Shown one piece after another: positions 7,571 to 11,787 of a stretch of DNA of 11,787 bases. Under the pieces are notes generated by a model, which saw only the letters and a program-made list of their open reading frames with translations, had not been told where the DNA came from and did not search any database. The stretch is taken from contig JBFWYF010000124.1 of assembly GCA_050186685.1 (NCBI GenBank), forward strand, positions 1-11,787, in the 5' to 3' direction. The translations under genes and the position numbers were made by a program. This DNA is from Pirellulaceae bacterium. Lineage in GTDB: Bacteria > Planctomycetota > Planctomycetia > Pirellulales > Pirellulaceae. The number at the start of each line of letters is the position of its first letter. The first letter of the stretch is position 1.

Positions 7571-7890
7571 GCAGCCCCCTCGCGGAAGACGCCGATAGGG
7601 AAGCGTGCAACGACGCAAGCTGTTGTTCCGGCCCCCAGAGCGTGTTCCGCTGACGGGAGCTGCTGGCTCCACCGGCGCCATACTTCGCCGTCAGCGTCCA
7701 GAACCCCCGATACGGCGGTCTCGAGCGCCCAGGCGATGCTCGCCTCGATGCCTGCCTCGATCTGCGCCCTGAAGTCCGCCGTCGCTCCGCTGACTTGGAC
7801 GTCCTGGCCGGCGATCTTCAACGACTCCGGCAGCATGCCAATGGCCGTCTGGCAAAAGTGCCACTGGATGGCGGCCAATTTTACTTTCAC
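7555..7890 (-). CDS. hypothetical small protein (111 aa), convergent with and overlapping the 3' end of the caspase gene by 16 nt
   Basis: GTG start is rc of cac at 7888-7890, and an internal ATG at 7834-7836 would give 93 aa. GC3 for the first ~80 codons, counted by hand from the sequence, is ~82% against ~65% overall GC, which is a coding-like skew. The last ~30 codons are less convincing. No recognisable domain and no SD motif were found. Confidence 0.45.
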   Translation of the reverse strand: MKVKLAAIQWHFCQTAIGMLPESLKIAGQDVQVSGATADFRAQIEAGIEASIAWALETAVSGVLDADGEVWRRWSQQLPSAEHALGAGTTACVVARFPIGVFREGAAHPPP

Positions 7891-8005
7891 CCGGTCCGCC
7901 GGTGGCGGAAGAGCTTCCCGCTGAGTACGCGGGGGGACTCATGTGGGTACGACGTTCACTGCGACTCCAGCGGCCTCTGCGGGCCCCCCGCCGTCTTGAA
8001 AAGTA

Positions 8006-8035
8006 GCCCGTGGCTCGATTTGTCAAGCCACGGGC
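8006..8035 (-). terminator. rho-independent terminator candidate for the slipin gene
   Basis: A perfect 10-bp GC-rich inverted repeat, GCCCGTGGCT (8006-8015) and AGCCACGGGC (8026-8035), has a 10-nt loop. It lies 5 nt downstream of the slipin stop (8040-8042). On the minus strand it is followed by UACUUUUCAAG (rc of 7995-8005). Confidence 0.5.
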
Positions 8036-8039
8036 CTGG

Positions 8040-9146
8040 TCACAACAGATTGATCACGCGGTCGGCGAGTCCCTTTTCGCCGAGCACAATCTTCAGGTTG
8101 CCGGCCGACGCGATCTTTTCCAGGACTTCCAGTTCCCGCAACCGCATCAGCGTCGGATTGTCGGCCAGCAGCTTGGCCGTGTTGGCCTGGCTGCGCATGG
8201 CGGCCGTTTCCTCGCGCCGCGAGATGAGGTTGGCCTCGGCGGCCTTCTTGGCCTCCGTGACCTTGTTCATCAAGTCCTTCATATCGCCCGGCAGGATCAC
8301 GTCCCGGATACCCACTGATACGATTTCCAGACCCAGTTCGCCGGCGCGGCGGCGTACCGCCTGCTCGATCTCCTGAGCAACCGCGTCCTTTTCGGTCAGG
8401 AAGACGTCGAGTTCGCGTACGCCGATGACGGCTCGCAGTGCCAACTGCGTCTCGCGGTACAGTGCCTGGCGGACGTCGTCCGTCGAGCTGACTGCCTTCC
8501 GCGCGTCGGCGATGCGGTAAGTGACCAGTGCGTTCATGCGCAGGCTGACCTTGTCGTGGGTCATGATTTCCTGACCACTGACGTCGGCTGCGCAATCCCG
8601 CATGTCCACTTCCACAACTCGCGCGTCCGCCGCGCCCTTCCAGAACGCGTACAGGCCCGGCCGTAGCGTGTCCACAAACCGTCCGTCGATGAACAGGACG
8701 CCGGCGTGGTCGCGTTCGACTTTGCAGATGTCCAGCAGCTGCTTCGCCATGTGCGTCGCCGCAATAACCTTTAGATCCTCGTGCTCGAATCGCACCTGGC
8801 GAGCGTCGAGTACCTCGACGCGCACTTCGCGGACACCTTGCCAGTAGGCGTACAGGCCCGGCCCCAGCAGGTGCGTGAACCGACCGTCGATCCACACCAG
8901 ACCCCGCTGGTGGTCCTTCAAATCCAGGACGATCGCACGGTCCTTCAGCACGCGCGATTTGACGATCATGTCGAGTTTTTCGTGCGGGAACCAGGCATCG
9001 CGCAGGTTGGCGACGTCGACACGGACCTTCATCCACGGGTCGAACAGCCAGTGCCGTCCTTCGCCCAGCAAGCCCTGGAATTCCCCGTCACGGAAGTACA
9101 AACCCGTCTCGTAGCTGCGAATCTTGATGTGCTTGAACAGGATCAT
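8040..9146 (-). CDS. SPFH/band-7 (slipin-family) protein with three N-terminal 67-aa tandem repeats
   Basis: 369 aa from ATG (rc of 9144-9146). A strong SD GGGAGGG (rc of 9154-9160) lies 7 nt upstream. The track ORF extends to 9407, but that N-terminal extension is non-domain and crosses the RBS. The SPFH core runs from ~aa 190-369 (THDKVSLRMNALVTYRI ... GNLKIVLGEK). Repeats at aa ~5-71, 72-138 and 139-205 are marked by GEGRHWLF, GPGLYAYW and RPGLYAFW. Confidence 0.85.
   Translation of the reverse strand: MILFKHIKIRSYETGLYFRDGEFQGLLGEGRHWLFDPWMKVRVDVANLRDAWFPHEKLDMIVKSRVLKDRAIVLDLKDHQRGLVWIDGRFTHLLGPGLYAYWQGVREVRVEVLDARQVRFEHEDLKVIAATHMAKQLLDICKVERDHAGVLFIDGRFVDTLRPGLYAFWKGAADARVVEVDMRDCAADVSGQEIMTHDKVSLRMNALVTYRIADARKAVSSTDDVRQALYRETQLALRAVIGVRELDVFLTEKDAVAQEIEQAVRRRAGELGLEIVSVGIRDVILPGDMKDLMNKVTEAKKAAEANLISRREETAAMRSQANTAKLLADNPTLMRLRELEVLEKIASAGNLKIVLGEKGLADRVINLL
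8532..9134 (-). repeat. intragenic tandem triplication (3 x 201 bp, 67 codons) in the slipin N-terminal region
   Basis: A 16/16 identical core gcgtacaggcccggcc occurs at 8647-8662 and 8848-8863, exactly 201 nt apart. ccgtcgat recurs downstream in both copies. The protein repeats carry G(L/V)x(F/W)xDG(R/E)F..L..PGLYA(Y/F)W motifs. Confidence 0.6.
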
Positions 9147-9153
9147 GGGAACG

Positions 9154-9160
9154 CCCTCCC
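9154..9160 (-). promoter_or_regulatory. ribosome-binding site of the slipin gene
   Basis: The minus strand reads AAGGGAGGGCGTTCCC-ATG, with GGGAGGG 7 nt from the start codon. Confidence 0.5.
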
Positions 9161-9197
9161 TTCTGTTGCCAGGAACTCGTGCTGTCGCGGGAGCACG

Positions 9198-9233
9198 AAA
9201 AAACCCGGTGCCACTTTCGCGTGCGACACCGGG
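9198..9233 (-). promoter_or_regulatory. terminator-like hairpin plus U6 tract inside the slipin 5' leader (possible attenuator)
   Basis: The minus strand reads CCCGGTG-(16 nt)-CACCGGG-TTTTTT (stems rc of 9227-9233 and 9204-9210, U-tract rc of 9198-9203). It is 52 nt upstream of the slipin ATG. A second hairpin (rc of 9177-9198, 7-bp stem, 8-nt loop) lies between it and the RBS. No gene upstream within ~400 nt on this strand could use it as an ordinary terminator. Confidence 0.35.
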
Positions 9234-9493
9234 TTCGATACGATCCGCGCAGTCTCGGTCGAACGTCAGCAGTGCCATCTGAATGTAGGGGTATGCGCGC
9301 CTGTGCAGGCCGGCAAACGGTTGCCGCTTTCTTCGATAGGCGAGTTCGAATGTAAGGTCATCGCAGAATCCCTTGTTGTGGGGGTGGCGCGTTCTCGCCC
9401 AATGCATGTCTGAAGTGTAAGAGGGGCGCAGCTACCGAAAGGTTCGCTGGACGGTGCTGTCGCACGGAGGACCGCGTTGAGGTTCGTGTCAGA

Positions 9494-9522
9494 TTTGACA
9501 TTCCCCTCGGAGGCGTTATCTT
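9494..9522 (+). promoter_or_regulatory. candidate sigma70-like promoter for the downstream secreted-protein gene
   Basis: TTGACA (9494-9499), a 17-nt spacer, then TATCTT (9517-9522). It sits in the lower-GC divergent intergenic region, ~100 nt upstream of ATG 9630. Confidence 0.3.
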
Positions 9523-9629
9523 CAGGGCCCCAAACGGAAACCGACTTCTCGAGATTCCGACAGGTCAAGAAAATGCTTCTCTCACTCCACCGCGGCAATG
9601 TGGCACGCACCTGCGGCAGACGCCGCAAT

Positions 9630-11787
9630 ATGGCAGTTCGATATCGCAGGCTGCGGTTCGATGTACTTGAACCTCGCTTGTCCCTGGCCGCCGACTTGGC
9701 GCCGGCGCAGTTTAATGGCTGGTCCGACAGCATCGTTATTTCGAACAAGACAGGCACCAATACCGACGATGTGCCTATCACGAACGCCGACACGGTTTAT
9801 TTGGATATAGGCTGGGGCAATTTTGGCGATGTCACGGTTCCGGCCAATACTTTTGCCACTACCCTGTTATTGGACGGTATACCCGTTAGTACGTTCATCA
9901 CACCGTTCTCTTTGTCCCCGTTTACGGGAGCCGTCGTGCAAGACCTCGGCCTGGGCCAGCTAAGCCTAGGCGTCCATACCGTGTCGTTAGTCGTCGACGT
10001 GAATAATTCTGTGGCAGAGGGAGACGAAGCGAACAACACGTATGAGCGGTCATTCACAGTGGTTGTGCCGCCAACCGAGGACTTTGGTGACGCTCCCACC
10101 GCGACTCAGTCAGGGTTCTTATCGAGCTACCCGACGACGTTGCTGGACAACGGCGCGCGGCACACGCCGCTGGTCGGGTTCCGGTTAGGGACCGCGCTGG
10201 ATGCGGATGCGAACGGACAGCCCAATCCGACAGCCGATTTGGACGACCTGACGGGCTCGACCGATGACGAAGACGGTGTCACCCTCAACGCGGATTTCAT
10301 GATCGGCGCTGCGTCCGCAGTTCAGGTCTTCGTTACGAATACGGCAGGCGTCGCCAATCCCTTTCTCGATGCCTGGATCGACTTTAATCGCGATGGCGAC
10401 TGGAGCGACGTTAATGAACGGGTGTATGGCGGTCCGGTTGTGGCGGGAAACAACATCTTGTCGATCGACGTACCCGGAAGTTCCTCGGTGGGGACGACGT
10501 ATGCCCGCTTCCGACTGCATAACGGCACTACGCCATTAGGAGTCACAGGGCAATTTGCGGATGGTGAGGTAGAAGATTATCAGGTTAGTCTCGTCCGGCC
10601 GGGCACCTGGATCGACGAGGGCCCTCGACCCACACAAAACGCGCAAGTGGAAAACGTCCTGCCCGCCGATCAGGTTACCGGTGCGATTCATACCGTGGTC
10701 GCTCATCCGACCAATCCCGATATCCTGTATATCGGCGCTGTCAATGGAGGCATTTGGAAGACGACCAATGCTACAGCGGTCAGACCGAACTGGACGCCTC
10801 AGGCCGATTTCCTGAACTCGCTGTCCATTGGGGCTATGGCGTTCGACGCGACAGATGTCACACACAACACGCTCGTAGCTGGGACAGCTTTCTACAGCAG
10901 CTTTGGTGGACTGGGCGGCGGACGCGGCGCGGTGTATCGCACCACCGACGGAGGGACCACCTGGATCAGTCCCGGCAGCATTGGTATTCCCGCGACGGGC
11001 GAGAACATTTCGGGCATCGCGGCGCGCGGGAACACGATCGTCGCTACCTCCTCCGGCCCTGGTGGGGGAGTCTTTCGCAGCCTGGACGGAGGTACGACAT
11101 TTACAGGCATCAATGCCGCCGATTTTGTTGTTGGCAACAACTTCACGGATCTCATATTAGATCCCAGCGATGTGAGTGGTCAGCGCCTGTACGCGGCCTC
11201 CGAAGGATCCGGTGGCCCGGGTGGAATCTATCGTTCCGACGATTTCGGTGCGACCTGGACCAAGATTACCGGGCCCGATATTGATGCCGACATGCACCAG
11301 GTACTCGAGACGCTTAATTCGAATAACATTGAAATGGCCGTTCACCCCACGACGGGTCGGCTGTACGTTGCGGTGCTAGTCCTCGGCCAACCGCGTGGCA
11401 TTTTTTTCTCGAACACGGCAGCTACGGCAACGCCAGCCTGGACGCGAATGGACGTCCCTGTGCTGCCGGTCACTGCGGCTGGCACTGCCATCACGGAGGC
11501 GAGCAATACGACACCGATCCAAGTCACGTCCACAAGTCATGGTCTGCCGAATGGCGCATTTGTGTTCGTCAACGGGGTGGCCGGAAACACCGCGGCAAAT
11601 GGCATTTATCGTATTGCGGTGATCAATGCCGATACATTCTCGCTGGAGGGAAGCGCCGGGAACGGATTGTACAGCGGTGGTGGAACCTGGACGCGCGTTA
11701 CGGGCCCCAATCCCACGGCGAAAGAGGTAGAAGAGACGGGAGCGCAAGGTCGGATTCATTTCTCAATCACCGTGGATCCCACGAACG
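9630..11787 (+). CDS. large secreted-type protein, 3' partial: N-terminal RRLRFDVLEPRLSLAA motif, CARDB-like domain, GEVED-like domain, BNR/Asp-box repeat region
   Basis: It is absent from the ORF track because it has no stop before the window end. The frame (codon starts at multiples of 3) is open from the stop at 9411-9413 to 11787, as verified by hand at six separate places. Candidate starts are ATG 9630 (MAVRYRRLRFDVLEPRLSLAADLAP) and ATG 9573. The CARDB-like signature is LVVDVNNSVAEGDEANNTYERSFTVVV. DFGDAPT ... GEVEDYQVSL is GEVED-like. Asp-box repeats YRTTDGGTTW, FRSLDGGTTF and YRSDDFGATW are present. The antisense ORFs 9797..11759 listed in the track are shadows of this gene. Confidence 0.8.
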   Translation, partial: MAVRYRRLRFDVLEPRLSLAADLAPAQFNGWSDSIVISNKTGTNTDDVPITNADTVYLDIGWGNFGDVTVPANTFATTLLLDGIPVSTFITPFSLSPFTGAVVQDLGLGQLSLGVHTVSLVVDVNNSVAEGDEANNTYERSFTVVVPPTEDFGDAPTATQSGFLSSYPTTLLDNGARHTPLVGFRLGTALDADANGQPNPTADLDDLTGSTDDEDGVTLNADFMIGAASAVQVFVTNTAGVANPFLDAWIDFNRDGDWSDVNERVYGGPVVAGNNILSIDVPGSSSVGTTYARFRLHNGTTPLGVTGQFADGEVEDYQVSLVRPGTWIDEGPRPTQNAQVENVLPADQVTGAIHTVVAHPTNPDILYIGAVNGGIWKTTNATAVRPNWTPQADFLNSLSIGAMAFDATDVTHNTLVAGTAFYSSFGGLGGGRGAVYRTTDGGTTWISPGSIGIPATGENISGIAARGNTIVATSSGPGGGVFRSLDGGTTFTGINAADFVVGNNFTDLILDPSDVSGQRLYAASEGSGGPGGIYRSDDFGATWTKITGPDIDADMHQVLETLNSNNIEMAVHPTTGRLYVAVLVLGQPRGIFFSNTAATATPAWTRMDVPVLPVTAAGTAITEASNTTPIQVTSTSHGLPNGAFVFVNGVAGNTAANGIYRIAVINADTFSLEGSAGNGLYSGGGTWTRVTGPNPTAKEVEETGAQGRIHFSITVDPTN

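Noticed and set aside
5911-7681. Minus-strand ORFs 5911..6402, 6278..6922 and 6938..7681 antisense to the caspase-lipase gene
   Set aside because: These are shadow frames of a motif-supported gene with low-complexity products.
5606-8040. Searched near the caspase for a gasdermin-like or NACHT/TPR partner
   Set aside because: No ORF of suitable size (~250-300 aa) or with such motifs lies adjacent. The only neighbour is the 111-aa unknown ORF, so a gasdermin-type system is not supported by this window.
7691-8376. ORFs 7691..8026 (-), 7736..7924 (+) and 7795..8376 (+) in and around the caspase/slipin intergenic region
   Set aside because: Their products are Arg/Gly/Ser-rich with no coding-like third-position skew that I could see. 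The last one overlaps the slipin gene off-frame.
9225-9250. GGTTCGATAC, a sequence resembling a tRNA T-loop
   Set aside because: No flanking 5-bp T-stem, acceptor stem or anticodon arm could be built on either strand, so this is not a tRNA.
8023-9413. ORFs 8023..9036 (-) and 8781..9413 (+) overlapping slipin; the N-terminal extension of slipin to 9407
   Set aside because: These are alternative or antisense frames of the slipin gene. The extension would run through its own strong RBS (rc of 9154-9160) and the leader hairpins.
9266-9793. 175-aa minus-strand ORF spanning the divergent intergenic region into the secreted-protein gene
   Set aside because: Its product is Ser/Thr/Arg-rich with no domain. 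It overlaps the 5' end of the well-supported + strand gene, which makes it a likely artefact.
9797-11759. Track ORFs antisense to or off-frame from the secreted-protein gene (9797..10099, 10185..10520, 10322..10546, 10536..10865, 10754..11284, 10892..11155, 11157..11345, 11342..11533, 11376..11759)
   Set aside because: A single continuous + strand frame with CARDB, GEVED and BNR motifs explains the whole region.

Overview
High-GC (~65%) window. Gene content and one N-terminal sorting-like motif point to a Planctomycetota-type (PVC) genome, but that attribution is recalled from memory and needs BLAST/taxonomy confirmation. No rRNA, tRNA, CRISPR, integrase or transposase was seen. The window contains three gene groups and some intergenic elements.

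1. Four-gene + strand operon with tight stop/start coupling (2..5435). It encodes a 5'-truncated hybrid sensor histidine kinase (Glu/Gln-rich coiled coil, HisKA, HATPase_c and three tandem receiver domains), a CheR methyltransferase, a stand-alone CheB methylesterase catalytic domain with no receiver, and a REC-HisKA-HATPase-REC hybrid kinase. No MCP, CheA or CheW lies within the window.

2. After a pair of inverted 20-nt palindromes, a 654-aa orthocaspase (peptidase C14, with p20 His/Cys dyad and p10) is fused to a C-terminal lipase-like alpha/beta-hydrolase domain (HG oxyanion motif, SHSWG nucleophile elbow). On the opposite strand a small ORF with strong coding signal converges on and overlaps its 3' end. 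Beyond that ORF lies an SPFH/band-7 slipin-family protein with three 67-aa N-terminal tandem repeats. A terminator-like hairpin with a U-tract sits in the slipin 5' leader and a GC-rich terminator hairpin follows its stop.

3. A large secreted-type protein (from 9630, 3'-partial) was missed by the ORF track because it runs off the window end. It has an N-terminal RRLRFDVLEPRLSLAA motif and CARDB-like, GEVED-like and BNR/Asp-box regions.

The most interesting candidates are the caspase-lipase fusion with its convergent small ORF and SPFH neighbour, and the CheR/CheB pair embedded between hybrid kinases with a Glu/Gln-rich coiled coil that could be a methyl-accepting segment. Function and domain calls are from motif reading only, with no searches run.
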